Source of the DNA: Candidatus Latescibacterota bacterium
Lineage (GTDB): Bacteria > Latescibacterota > UBA2968 > UBA8231
Direction: 5' to 3'
DNA length: 64,000 bases
Assembly: GCA_963422735.1 (NCBI GenBank)
Contig: OY730476.1
Location: 3,840,001 to 3,904,000 of the forward strand
The first letter of the stretch is position 1; each line of letters starts with the position of its first letter. The notes beneath the pieces are model-generated. The model made no database searches and was not told where the DNA came from. It saw nothing but the letters and a program-made list of their open reading frames with translations. Positions 38,593 to 49,842 of this stretch are shown here, piece after piece. Made by a program: the position numbers and the translations under genes.

Positions 38593-40875
38593 TTGTACAA
38601 GGCCATCGGCTGGATGGCTGTTGTACTGGGGCCGCTTTGCGGCCCGGCGGCGGCGCAAACGGCGGCTCGCGTTGAGGTGCCCATTTTTGAGGGCGGTGCG
38701 GGATTGGACTTTTTCTTTTTTGCCGCACGCGAGTACGAAAAAATCCGTCCCGATGTGCAGATTGATCTTTACGGCGATCCGCGTATCGCCGACAAGGTAC
38801 GGGTGCGGATCCTCGAAGGGACTTTTCCAGAAGTCAGCAACGCTGGTCTCAACTATTGGGCATTGATACGCAACGGCGAAATTCTGCCCCTCGACGACTA
38901 TCTGGACGGGCCGAGTTGGGACGGGGATCGGACGTGGCGCACATCCTTCCTGCCCGGTAGCCTCGACCGCTATGAGTACGAGGGAAAGATATACGGCATC
39001 CCCTTCCTCTATTCGGTTTACGCCGTCTGGTACAACAAGAACATGTTCGAAGAGCACGGCTGGGCACCGCCGCGCACGTGGGACGAGTTTTTCGCCCTCT
39101 GCGAGCAAATCCGCGCAGCAGAGATCTGGCCGTTGGCCTTTCAGGGGCGCTATCCAGGCTATATCGGCGGAGTGACTGACAACGCCTATTACCATCTCGC
39201 TGGCCGCGCTCGCTTCTACGAGCAGAAAGATCTAGTGCCGGGCAGTTTCGCCAATCCCGAATACGTGACGGCACTCGGGCTGATTCAGCGCACGGCGCAG
39301 GAGTACTTCCAGCCCGGTGCCCTCGGCATGAGCCACACCGAGTCGCAACTCGAATTTTTCTTAGGCCACACTGCGATGGTCTTTTGCGGCTCTTGGCTCA
39401 AGAGCGAGATGATGGGCAAAATCCCCGATGGCTTCCGCTTAGGGACGTTTAATTTGCCCATAGTGGAAGGGGGAGTCGGCGAACCCGGTGCCATATATAC
39501 TGGTGCCGGGTATTACTTTGTCTTCAAAAACAGCGCCCATCCCGAGTGGGGAGTGGATTTTTTGCGCTTTATGACCTCGCTCAAGATGGCGGGCACCTTT
39601 GCCGAGATGCGCGATGTTTTGGTGGCCGTCGATGGGGCGATGGAGGGGCGAACTAGCGAGGATTTGCAAGATTTGGTGACGCTGGCGCAGCAGGCTTCTA
39701 CGGCCTATGGCACCGCCCCGGGCGAGGGCTTCCCGGAGATGGACCAGTTTCTCAACGACGTGCGCTTCAAGATAGTCAATGGGCAGATAACGCCGGAAGA
39801 GGGCGCCAAGGAACTGGAGTCAGCGGCTGAGGCGGTGCGCAACCGCAGCCAGTACCCAGATCAGATCACCGTCCGCCACCTGTGGAAACCCGCGCTGCTC
39901 TTGGGCCTTTTGGCGCTGGCGATGGGCTATTGGTTGTACACGACGGTGCGGCAGTGGCGCGAAAGACAGGTCGGCCAAGCCCCCAGACCTACCAGCACTG
40001 TGCGCTTGAACTGGGCTGGGGTGATGTTCTTCGTCGGTCCGGCGGCGGCGTTCTACACGCTCTTCGTGGTGGTGCCTAGCATCAAGTCCTTCTTCTGGAG
40101 CGCGATGCGCTGGGACGGGCTGACGGAGATGGTCTTCGTTGGGCTGTTGCACTTCCAGCGGCTGCTCTTTGAGAACGATGAGTTCTGGATTGCGCTATCG
40201 AACAATCTCTTCATCATGTTCGTCATCCCGCTCTGCGTGTTGCCGCTGGCACTTTTTCTGGCGGTGTGCATCAGCCGCGAGGTCGTCGGGGCTAAGCTCT
40301 TCCGCATCGTCTTCTTCTTCCCCAATATCCTCGGCGGGGTCGCGGCAACTCTGCTGTGGATGCACCTGTACAATCCACAGGGCGGGCCGATCAACACGGT
40401 GTTGGTGGCCTTGGGATTGGAGGGGTTTGATGGATTTGCCTGGCTGGCGCAGGACAACCTCTACTCGGCACTGGTACCCATGTCGATCTGGGGGGCAGCC
40501 GGGTTCAACATGGTGCTGTTTCTGGCGGCGATGGAGAGCATTCCGCAGAGCATGTACGAGGCGGCTGATATCGATGGGGCCTCGACTTGGCGACAGTTTT
40601 GGTCGATTACCGTGCCGCTGATTTGGGAGGTGCTGTCGATAGCGATCGTGTTTATGATCATCGGCGGGATGAAGGCGTTTGAGGTGATTTGGCTGTTGAC
40701 CAATCAGCGGCCGACGACCGACAACCACGTGATTGGTACGCGGATGGTGCAGGCGATGTTTACCGAGTTCAAGGTGGGAGAGGCCACCGCGATTGCGGTG
40801 CTGCTCTTTTTGATCGTGTTCTTTGGCACTACCGCGACCTTGCGCGCAATGAAGCGCGAAGCTGTGGAGTTTTGA
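38593..40875 (+). CDS. Carbohydrate ABC transporter: solute-binding protein fused to a permease
   Basis: SBP motifs GKIYGIP, WYNKNMFEEHG and PRTWDEF, followed by TM segments with the EAA loop MYEAADIDGASTWRQFWSITVP. The start is probably TTG 38593 or ATG 38614, not 38269. Confidence 0.85.
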   Translation: MYKAIGWMAVVLGPLCGPAAAQTAARVEVPIFEGGAGLDFFFFAAREYEKIRPDVQIDLYGDPRIADKVRVRILEGTFPEVSNAGLNYWALIRNGEILPLDDYLDGPSWDGDRTWRTSFLPGSLDRYEYEGKIYGIPFLYSVYAVWYNKNMFEEHGWAPPRTWDEFFALCEQIRAAEIWPLAFQGRYPGYIGGVTDNAYYHLAGRARFYEQKDLVPGSFANPEYVTALGLIQRTAQEYFQPGALGMSHTESQLEFFLGHTAMVFCGSWLKSEMMGKIPDGFRLGTFNLPIVEGGVGEPGAIYTGAGYYFVFKNSAHPEWGVDFLRFMTSLKMAGTFAEMRDVLVAVDGAMEGRTSEDLQDLVTLAQQASTAYGTAPGEGFPEMDQFLNDVRFKIVNGQITPEEGAKELESAAEAVRNRSQYPDQITVRHLWKPALLLGLLALAMGYWLYTTVRQWRERQVGQAPRPTSTVRLNWAGVMFFVGPAAAFYTLFVVVPSIKSFFWSAMRWDGLTEMVFVGLLHFQRLLFENDEFWIALSNNLFIMFVIPLCVLPLALFLAVCISREVVGAKLFRIVFFFPNILGGVAATLLWMHLYNPQGGPINTVLVALGLEGFDGFAWLAQDNLYSALVPMSIWGAAGFNMVLFLAAMESIPQSMYEAADIDGASTWRQFWSITVPLIWEVLSIAIVFMIIGGMKAFEVIWLLTNQRPTTDNHVIGTRMVQAMFTEFKVGEATAIAVLLFLIVFFGTTATLRAMKREAVEF

Positions 40876-40877
40876 AC

Positions 40878-41735
40878 ATGGCCGAGCAACGCAAATTTTC
40901 CTTCGCCAAACCTTTCGTCTATCTGGTGCTATGCGGCTATCTGACGGTTGTGGTCTATCCGATGCTGTGGCTGTTGTACACCTCGCTGAAGACGGACCGC
41001 GAAATTTTCCTCAACCCCTTCAGCCTACCCGAGCTCAATGCCTTGCAGTGGGTCAACTTTGCCAACGCTTGGACTAAGGGGCACTTCGGCGACTATTTCT
41101 TCAACAGCGTCTTTTTGACTGCCGCCACGGTGGCCTGTTCCATGCTGCTGGCGGCGATGGCGGCCTACGCGCTGGCGCGCTTTAGCTTCTTTGGGGTGCG
41201 GCCGCTGTTTTTCTACTTCTTGGCTGGGCTGATGATCCCATTGCAACTGTCTATTGTGCCGCTGTTTTTTCAGATGAAGGACTTTGGATTGCTCAACTCG
41301 CGGCTGGGTATCCTGATGGTCTATGTGGCCTTTGGGATGCCGTTTGCCATCTTTATCCTCACTGGGTTTTTTAAGTCGCTGCCCTCTGGGTTGCACGAGT
41401 CGGCGCTGATAGATGGGGCGGGGGAGTTTCGGGCGTTTTGGTCGATTATGCTGCCGTTGGCGCGGCCGGGGCTTATTACGGTAGGCATCTTCGCCTTTTT
41501 GGGGACTTGGAACGAGTTTTTCATGGCCTTTATGTTCCTGTCCGGGGAGGGGTCGCAGGCGTTGCGCACGCTGCCTTTGGGGCTGGCCAACATTACCATT
41601 GTCAGTCAGTATCGCAGCGATTGGGGCATGGCCTTTGCCGGGTTGGTGCTGATCATGGCCCCGACGATGCTGGTGTACGCTTTCTTGCAGCAATACTTGA
41701 CGAAGGGTATTACCGTTGGGGCGCTTAAGGGGTAG
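40878..41735 (+). CDS. Carbohydrate ABC transporter permease (MalG-like)
   Basis: ATG at 40878, AAYALARF, ESALIDGA, WNEF and TLPLGL. Confidence 0.92.
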   Translation: MAEQRKFSFAKPFVYLVLCGYLTVVVYPMLWLLYTSLKTDREIFLNPFSLPELNALQWVNFANAWTKGHFGDYFFNSVFLTAATVACSMLLAAMAAYALARFSFFGVRPLFFYFLAGLMIPLQLSIVPLFFQMKDFGLLNSRLGILMVYVAFGMPFAIFILTGFFKSLPSGLHESALIDGAGEFRAFWSIMLPLARPGLITVGIFAFLGTWNEFFMAFMFLSGEGSQALRTLPLGLANITIVSQYRSDWGMAFAGLVLIMAPTMLVYAFLQQYLTKGITVGALKG

Positions 41736-42421
41736 GGTTGCATTGGCGGCGTGGTTGAGATGAAGGCTGTTGACGGTGACGCTTGCTTGGCTGACGGCGG
41801 GCGATTAGGTGGAGCCTATGCCTTTCCCTTGCAGTGGGAGCGGCAGACCGCCGCGTACATTGCCGAACCACATCAACTCTCCGTCCAGATCATCGAAGCC
41901 TTCCATGAAGTCGAGGTCGGCCGCCTTGGAACGAGAGTTAGCCCGCCGCTTGCGCTCCGATGGGGGGTCTTGAGGACTCGCTGTACCCCACATATGCGAG
42001 GGAACTGGTCCAAGCTAATGAAAGGACCGGACGACCTTGAACCTCAACCAAACATCTCTGTCTGATGCTGAGATGAGGCAACAGTTCGCCGCGTGTCTTG
42101 GCGCGATCTCGACGGCCGAGTGGAAGCGGTTAGTATTTTTGCCTTGGAATCAATTCATCACGGTAAGCCCGTCGTTTCCCTCGATTCGATCGGGATACGG
42201 GAACTGGCCGAATTTGACTAGCTGGTCGGCACCGTAGAAGAGATGGCCACCGAGATCGTGCGGATGAGTGCGGTGCCGACCTATTACAAAGAGACGTTGA
42301 GCCGAGTGGATGCCTATCGCCAACGCTACAATCGCCTGATCGCCTTCGACCGCTCGTTGCAAGACGCCATGGAAGAGCTACATAGAAAGTGGGAGCAAAA
42401 AAACTCTGAACGGGCCGCGAC

Positions 42422-43054
42422 TTACGCGATGTCGTCGCGAGCCTCTCCTTCGAGATGGGCGACTTCGCCCATAGTCTCGACGCGCCAGCCATCGCCGGCG
42501 TCGGCGATGAGGTTGTAGCTGGTGTTGGGGATCGAGAATCGGCGCAGCGCCGAGATCGGGAGTCCGAGCACGTGCTTGAACAAGACGGTCAACACGCCGC
42601 CGTGGGTAAAGACGGCGATCTGCTCCCCTGCATGGCGGGTGCCGAGTGCGTTGATACAGGCGACGACGCGCTCGTGGAACTGGCGGGCACTCTCGCCGCC
42701 GGGAATGACGTAGTCTAGGGCGCCGGAGGCATGGGCGGCGTATTCTTTGGGGAAGCGCCTCTCAAGCGAGGCCTTGTCCTCGCCTTGGAAGATGCCGTAG
42801 TCGCGTTCGCCTAAGTCTGGCTCGGAGACGATCTTCAGGCCGAGGGCTAGCGCGGTAGGGGTGGCGGTAGCATGGGTGCGCTGCAGATGGCTGGCGTAGA
42901 GGGTAGCAATGGGCGAGTGGTGCCGCAGGCGCTGGGCTAGTGCCTCGGCCTGCGCCAGGCCCTTGGCGGTTAGCGGGCTATCCCGCTGGCCTTGGTAGAG
43001 GCCGCGGGCATTCCACTCGGTCTCGCCGTGGCGGGTCAGAACGATCCGAGTCAC
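42422..43054 (-). CDS. Histidine phosphatase (phosphoglycerate mutase) family protein
   Basis: RHGETEWN, QGQRDSPLT, PGGES and THGG. GTG at 43054 overlaps the uxuA stop. Confidence 0.9.
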   Translation of the reverse strand: MTRIVLTRHGETEWNARGLYQGQRDSPLTAKGLAQAEALAQRLRHHSPIATLYASHLQRTHATATPTALALGLKIVSEPDLGERDYGIFQGEDKASLERRFPKEYAAHASGALDYVIPGGESARQFHERVVACINALGTRHAGEQIAVFTHGGVLTVLFKHVLGLPISALRRFSIPNTSYNLIADAGDGWRVETMGEVAHLEGEARDDIA

Positions 43055-44031
43055 GGGTAGAGATGGTTGGTTACCTGAATCAGTGCCTGCATAAATCCTA
43101 TGCAGTGAGCGCGCGCCCTGTGCCCCCAAGGCGAGTCATCGACAATATGGGGCACGTGATCGGTGATCATAAAGCCGTCAAAGCCGACTTCCTTGAGCGT
43201 TTTGACGACCTCAAAGGTATCGACTTGACCGCAGTCGATGAAGGTCTCGTGGAAGTCTTCCACTGGCCCGATGACATCGCGGAAGTGGATGTAGATAATT
43301 TTCTTTTGGCCACCGAAGTGGCGGACAGCGCGGATGACGTTGGCGTGGCCGCCCATCTCCGACCAGCACCCCATGCAGAAGTCGAGGCCGTGATATGGGC
43401 TGTCGAAGGTGTCCATGTTGCGCTCGAAGTCGTCGAAAGAACTGCATATCCGCGCTATGCCGCCGAGGGTTGTGCCGGTGGGCGGGTCGTCCGGGTGCAG
43501 GGCTAGGCGGACGTTGGCTTCCTCGGCTACGGGCAGGATGCGCTCCAAATACCAGCAGTAGTTTTCCCACATCTCCTCGTGGGCGAAGACGCGGCCGTGA
43601 GTCAGTTCCTCGGGGTCGTGTTCGGCGAGGGTAAAGCGAGTGGCGCGGGCTCCGCCGCGCAAGGTCGCTGGCGCGGGTGTGCGCCAGACGCTGTTGGGAA
43701 TCCAGTGATAGCCCAAGATAGGGATGCCGGCCTTACCCATGTTGTGCATGGTGTTGATCATGTGCTGGAGCTGTTCTTCGCGGCCGTTTTGGCCGAGCAT
43801 GATCTGGTCGTAAAACGATGTGGGCACGTTTTCCAGTGCCATCAGACGCAGTTCGGCGTCGTCGGCCCGCTTTTTGAGGGCGGCCAAGTCGTCGTATTCC
43901 CATTGCTTGTCGCCGGGGAGTTTGGGGGTATTCATCAGAAAATCGTCGCAGCCCATCTGTTTGATAAAGGCGAGCTTCTCGTCGGTGAGCTCGTTGAACT
44001 GGCCTAAGCCCACGCGCATTTGCAGGGACAT
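43051..44031 (-). CDS. uxuA: Mannonate dehydratase
   Basis: LERILPVAEEANVRLALHPDDPP, IHFRDV and DHVP. Confidence 0.85.
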   Translation of the reverse strand: MSLQMRVGLGQFNELTDEKLAFIKQMGCDDFLMNTPKLPGDKQWEYDDLAALKKRADDAELRLMALENVPTSFYDQIMLGQNGREEQLQHMINTMHNMGKAGIPILGYHWIPNSVWRTPAPATLRGGARATRFTLAEHDPEELTHGRVFAHEEMWENYCWYLERILPVAEEANVRLALHPDDPPTGTTLGGIARICSSFDDFERNMDTFDSPYHGLDFCMGCWSEMGGHANVIRAVRHFGGQKKIIYIHFRDVIGPVEDFHETFIDCGQVDTFEVVKTLKEVGFDGFMITDHVPHIVDDSPWGHRARAHCIGFMQALIQVTNHLYP

Positions 44032-44058
44032 AAGTAGCCTCCATGAAGAAGTGAGGAG

Positions 44059-44979
44059 TTAAACGGGGAATTTGCCGCCGACGCCGGCCCCGGTACGGAC
44101 GTGTACCTCTAGGCCATCTGCGGAGTCGGCCACGAGATCGCTGTCAAAGGCAATCGCCCCCGGCTCGAAGAGCAGCACGACGGTTGAGCCGCCAAACTGG
44201 AAAAAGCCCTTTTCTTGGCCGCGTTCACAAGGCCCTGGCGAGTACGTCTGGACGATGCTGGCGACGTTGATAGCACCAACCTCGATGTAAGCAATCCTAC
44301 CGAAGGCGGGCGTTGCCAGCTCGCAAACGACGCGTCGGTTGCGGTGGAAAACATCGGGTACGCGGGCGAGGGCGATGGGGTTGACCGAGTGGTAGGTACC
44401 GTCGATCCACTGCGTCTGACCCACTTGGCCATCGGCTGGGAAGTGGAAGCGGTGATAGTCGTAGGGGGCGAGGCGCACGACAAGGGCGGCACCGCCGTGG
44501 TATGGGGTGGGGTCAATTGCTTCGGCTAAGAGCGCGCGGGCTGCGATCCGGCTGCTTTTGACCGGCAGCACGTCCTTGGCTGCGAGTTGCGGATAGACGA
44601 GGACCTTGCCGTCGGCTGGGCAACAGAGGCGCTTGGGGTCGGGGTCGCAGGGTCTCACTCCGGGTTTGAGGCGGCGAGTGAAGAAGTCGTTGAAGCTGGA
44701 ATACTGGCTGAGGGGATATTCGATTTCGTCGAGGTCAATGCGATAGCGATCGACAAAAGGGCGAATTTGACGCCGAGTCCAAGTGCTTTGCTGCCACCGG
44801 CCATAGAGGCGGGAGCAAAGAGGCCGGTTGAGAACGGCGCGAAAGACAAAATGCCCCGTGCTAGTGCCATAGAACCAGTGAAGAAGGGACTGCCCCGGAA
44901 CGCGCTCGACGACGATATCCCCGGTTTGGCGGTCGCGGTAGCGGGTTGGCTCGGGGATGGGGGCTTGACGAGAAAGCAT
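44059..44979 (-). CDS. psd: Phosphatidylserine decarboxylase
   Basis: SFNDFFTRRLKPG, PADGK, RLAPYDYHRFHFP, SVNP and the FQFGGST cleavage motif. ATG at 44979 is preferred. Confidence 0.9.
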   Translation of the reverse strand: MLSRQAPIPEPTRYRDRQTGDIVVERVPGQSLLHWFYGTSTGHFVFRAVLNRPLCSRLYGRWQQSTWTRRQIRPFVDRYRIDLDEIEYPLSQYSSFNDFFTRRLKPGVRPCDPDPKRLCCPADGKVLVYPQLAAKDVLPVKSSRIAARALLAEAIDPTPYHGGAALVVRLAPYDYHRFHFPADGQVGQTQWIDGTYHSVNPIALARVPDVFHRNRRVVCELATPAFGRIAYIEVGAINVASIVQTYSPGPCERGQEKGFFQFGGSTVVLLFEPGAIAFDSDLVADSADGLEVHVRTGAGVGGKFPV

Positions 44980-45759
44980 GTAAAAAAGAAGAAAGTGGAT
45001 GTGAAAACGCGCAAGGTGTGAAGTGAGATGGCTGCTAGCTACTAATCTGACTGAAGAACAGGACTGAGTTCCGCTTGCACCATCATAGAACAATCGCCGT
45101 GTCTTCGGGCATCTTTCCCGTGTCCAAGATGGCGAACCGTTTTTGACGATAGACCTCTTCCCCCCCCTTGCTGTGCCAGCGGACCTCGCCGCTTTGCACT
45201 TCCAAGGCGTCGTTGGTCTGTAGGGCACCCACTCTGCGGGAAACTGCGCTTCGATTTGGGCTATGGCTGGAATATCGTCCACCTGTCTGATCCTCTTAGT
45301 GGTTTGATTATACGATCCGACTACGGCGATGGTTCCATAGGCGGTTATTGGGGTGACGGGGATGCTTATGGGCACTTGCCGAGTATCTTGTTGATCTCGC
45401 TGGCTGCTACACTAGGAGTATATTTTCCAATGTTCCAACGTCTCCAGCGTTCGTCGAGCAGAGCAAGAGGGAATCCCCGGTGAAATTCTCCTGCCATCCA
45501 ACCGTTACACTTAGACGATCCTATATACGAAGTGCTTCCCATCCGATAGTTTCTCACTCCCATAAAGTATGCTAGAGAGCTTCGGCATGGAATGTATCCG
45601 GCAAGAAATAGATTATGCCGAATATCATAGTTGCTAATCAAACACGCCAAATCAGCACCCTACTTGCTCGGCTTGTCCACTTTCCTGACACATTCACCAA
45701 TCCAGCCGCCACATTCTTTGACCAAGCTTCCTTTCGGTTATTCCGCAGCCGAGCGCTTC

Positions 45760-45960
45760 ACAATATCCTTCTCGGCATACACCATGTTAAGCTCTTGCTG
45801 AATGGCGAGCGTAATCCCAATGCCGTCACCCAGCCGACAATAGATGCGGATGTCGTAGAGATCGAGGCGGCGTTCCTTGCAATCTTTCAACCACTTGTCG
45901 CAGACCTGATAGCCACCGATGCGGTATGCATGGACTTCCGAGAGGACAAGACTGAAATAC
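45760..45960 (-). pseudogene. C-terminal fragment of a type ISP-like restriction-modification enzyme
   Basis: YFSLVLSEVHAYRIGGYQVCDKWLKDCKERRLDLYDIRIYCR matches the IGGYQVxxKWLKDR C-terminal specificity-domain motif. Confidence 0.7.
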
Positions 45961-45995
45961 GAGATTCTTTTGCCTTCGCTCGAGATCTGCCTATG

Positions 45996-46148
45996 CTACT
46001 TCCTTTTTAATTTATTGCGCAATGCGCGGGACTTGCTCTTGTAGAATGCCAACCGATCTTCTACAGTCCTATCCTTGAGTTGCTCGTAGTGTGCATCTCG
46101 AATACGGCGCACCATCCTAACGGCATCAAACGTCTTTTTATTCCTCAT
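45996..46148 (-). CDS. Small (50 aa) putative antitoxin partner of the PIN toxin
   Basis: MRNKKTFDAVRMVRRIRDAHYEQLKDRTVEDRLAFY... overlaps the 3' end of the PIN gene. It is below the ORF-track cutoff. Confidence 0.7.
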   Translation of the reverse strand: MRNKKTFDAVRMVRRIRDAHYEQLKDRTVEDRLAFYKSKSRALRNKLKRK

Positions 46149-46602
46149 AATTGGTCACCTCGCGCGGAGAGTAAATCTGTAGCGGCTTGTAGCCACACTC
46201 GATGTTTACTGCGGTAAACAGACGTATCTTGTCAAAATGCACGATATGCTTAAAGTTCCAGCTAACCAACACGTCGACTTCTGCGACCGAAGCCAAGGCG
46301 ATATGCAGGGCATCGTCGGAGAACTTGGATGTCAGAATCTGTCTTTCCAAGTAGGTTTCAGCAAGTTGCACAGCTTCCTCTGTGACGTTGAGAAATTCAG
46401 GCTCCAAGGTCAGGATTTCTGCGTAGCTATCTCGAACAGTCTGAGGCGCGTCCTGAATCTTCGCATCAACGACTTCAGATACGACCGGCTTAAAGTTGCC
46501 CAAACGGAAATCCTTTATCAAGCCGTTTGACCAAGAGACGAACTCATCATCATGGCAGCCGCCAATGACGGAGGTATCAATATATACGCGCGGTAATCTC
46601 AT
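46138..46602 (-). CDS. PIN-domain (VapC-like) protein
   Basis: VYIDTSVIGG, DALHIALA, LVSWNFKHIV and IYSPREV. Confidence 0.9.
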   Translation of the reverse strand: MRLPRVYIDTSVIGGCHDDEFVSWSNGLIKDFRLGNFKPVVSEVVDAKIQDAPQTVRDSYAEILTLEPEFLNVTEEAVQLAETYLERQILTSKFSDDALHIALASVAEVDVLVSWNFKHIVHFDKIRLFTAVNIECGYKPLQIYSPREVTNYEE

Positions 46603-48235
46603 AACGGAGAATTATAACATTTTTCCACTGGGCAAAACGGAGGAACTTGACGTAGTCGTCCTGAAGCCATTTGGGATTCTTTTCGCCGAGTGGTTTGCCA
46701 TCCACCTGCTTGTAATTGGCGATCAAGCTCCGTATCCACTCACCCGTATTGCTCGAATGCCCCGAATAGGGCGGATTGCCCAAGATGAGCAAAATCGGCG
46801 TCTCTTTCTTGACCGCGCCGGCCAAGCGGGACTCCTCGGCCAAAGCCGAAAGGCCGGGCAAATGGCTCTGCTCCAGTTCCGCCCAGTCCAGGGTATTGGT
46901 CAGATAGAAGGGTACGCGCTCGTCGTCGTCGAGCCGGTGGCCGAGTTCCTCCAAAAAAAAGCTCATCTTGAGGTGGCCGACCGCGTAGGGTGCCATCATC
47001 AACTCAAGGGCATAGAAATTCTGCAGAATATGCCGACGGATGAAGTCCACTGTGCCGCCGTTGCCATATTTTTCCTCAAATTCGGCGACCGCTTCTTGGG
47101 CTGCGCGAGCGACAAAGGTCATGGTGCCCGCCGCCGGATCGATCAACGTCACACCATCAGCGGCGAGACCGTCGCGCTTGTCGAATTCCCTCTTGAGCAG
47201 GCCGTGCAGGGAACGGACGATGTAGCCAACGACGGGTTCGGGCGTGTAATATACCCCCCGCCGCTCGCGCTCGTCGGGATCGTATTGCGCCAAGAAGGTC
47301 TCGTAGAAATGCACGATCGGGTCGCGGCCTTTGCCCTCGCGGTAGTAGCAATTGAGAATGCCGGGCGCGTCGGCCACGGCCAAAACTTCGGCGATGTCAT
47401 CGACACACCAAGCGAGTGGGTCGGGCAACTCGCCGAGCGAGATGAAGCGGAACAGGTCGCGCAGGACGCCGATGGTATGGGGGATGTTGTCGAATGCGGT
47501 GCGCCGATTGAAGCCCTCCCCAGACCGGGTGCGGGCGGCGAACAGGCCGTAGGTGATGGTCTGGGCGAACAGATCGGCAAAATCCTCTGGCGTCAGTGAG
47601 CCGATGAGATAGGTCTGAAACGCCTCGAAAAAACCGGCGAGCATGCCGCCTGTCTCTTGTTCGACGCAAAGCTGATCGCCGATCACCGTGCGGAGTAAGC
47701 GCGTGCGCTTGGCCAGTTCAATGGCGAGGGTTTCGGCGGTGAACGTCTGGGGCAGCGCAAAGTCCAAAAATTGGTCAAGTAGGTCGTAGAGTTCATCTTG
47801 GTTTTCGAGCGGTGGCGTGGTGCGGACGGCGTTGAGTACCAAGGGCCGACCGGCCTGTACCGTCTGGACGCACTCGCCGTTCCGGTACAAGCGGAACTCG
47901 AGGAAGTTGGTGAGGATGAGATTCGGGAACGTAGCGCGATAGCGTTTGAGTTGTTCGGAGGCTTCGATGCGATCTAGCCGATCTTCAGTCGGCTTCTTGC
48001 CTTCAACATAGCCGATGATCCGGTCCGTGCCGTTCCACAGCCGGAAATCCGGGTTGCCGCCCTCGGTGGGTCGGGGAAACGTGGTGACGTGTACGTCCGT
48101 CCTCCCGGTGGCGCGGGCCATTTCCTCGAGCATATCCGCCAGCGCCGAGTAGAAGCTCTCCTCCCGTGCGTCGCCTTGCCGGACCACGGCGGCGAGATTC
48201 TTCAAATACGTCGAAAAGATGATTTTTTTGCTCAC
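46577..48235 (-). pseudogene. N-terminal part of a type ISP/IIG-like N6-adenine DNA methyltransferase (R-M enzyme), truncated
   Basis: PDF...GYVEGK nuclease-like motif, FYETFLAQYDP, RGVYYTPEPVV, DPAAGTMTF, GNPPY and DDYVKFLRFAQ. It ends abruptly at the PIN gene. Confidence 0.8.
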
Positions 48236-48264
48236 GTAGCGTTCCTCCCAATACAGGAACTTGA

Positions 48265-49239
<975 letters not shown>

Positions 49240-49842
49240 CCCGCCCAGTCGGGATTGGGTTGAGGGATTTTGGCTTCTACCTTTTCGCGCCACTCGCGCA
49301 GAAGTGCGCGTAGTCGGTCGCGGAGTTACGGCGTCGCAGATCGAGTTGTGGTCATTCGAAATAGTAGGAAGGAACCAGAGAAATATACGCAAATAGCCTA
49401 TTCATATTATAAACGCCTACCGCAATTCACCGGATCATGCCGCACGCCGGGGCTCACAAGTACACGCGGGATGGGTCGCCGCTATTCGTCGCGGAGGCGT
49501 ACTGGAAGTATAATCACCGCCAAGACGCCGAGCGCTTCAACGGCTTTCCGAGGCGCGTTTTTTCTGAAGAGATGGGGATAGAGGCGAGCGAGGTAGCACC
49601 CTATAAGCCTTCTGGGCGCTGATGCTGCTCGTAGATTCTCATATCGAACCTCACAATCCCTAACTGTTCCAAATAGGGATTGGCTTGGACAGAATGGGGC
49701 GCTCATGCGAACAAACGTCAAGGTAAGCCTAAAAATACTTATTCCGTATTTTTTTACGCTCTCGGCACCGAAACAGCTTGCCTTTATCCACGCCTACCCG
49801 CATTGGCTCGCCGTCTCCACCATCTTTCTCACCGTTTTCGCT

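Noticed and set aside
41740-42420. Short ORFs between the ABC permease and the phosphatase gene
   Set aside because: They are probably gene debris. I recognised no family, so I made no call.
44980-45375. N-terminal extension of psd in the ORF track
   Set aside because: It has different composition, no Psd similarity, and runs through unrelated gene debris.
46496-47599. 367-aa plus-strand ORF and other long antisense ORFs (e.g. 26375-27505, 57399-58310, 50003-51151)
   Set aside because: These are shadow or alternate-frame ORFs of clear genes in GC-rich DNA and carry no recognisable motifs.
49240-49840. Lower-GC intergenic stretch after hemF with short ORFs
   Set aside because: No recognisable motif, RNA structure or repeat could be supported.
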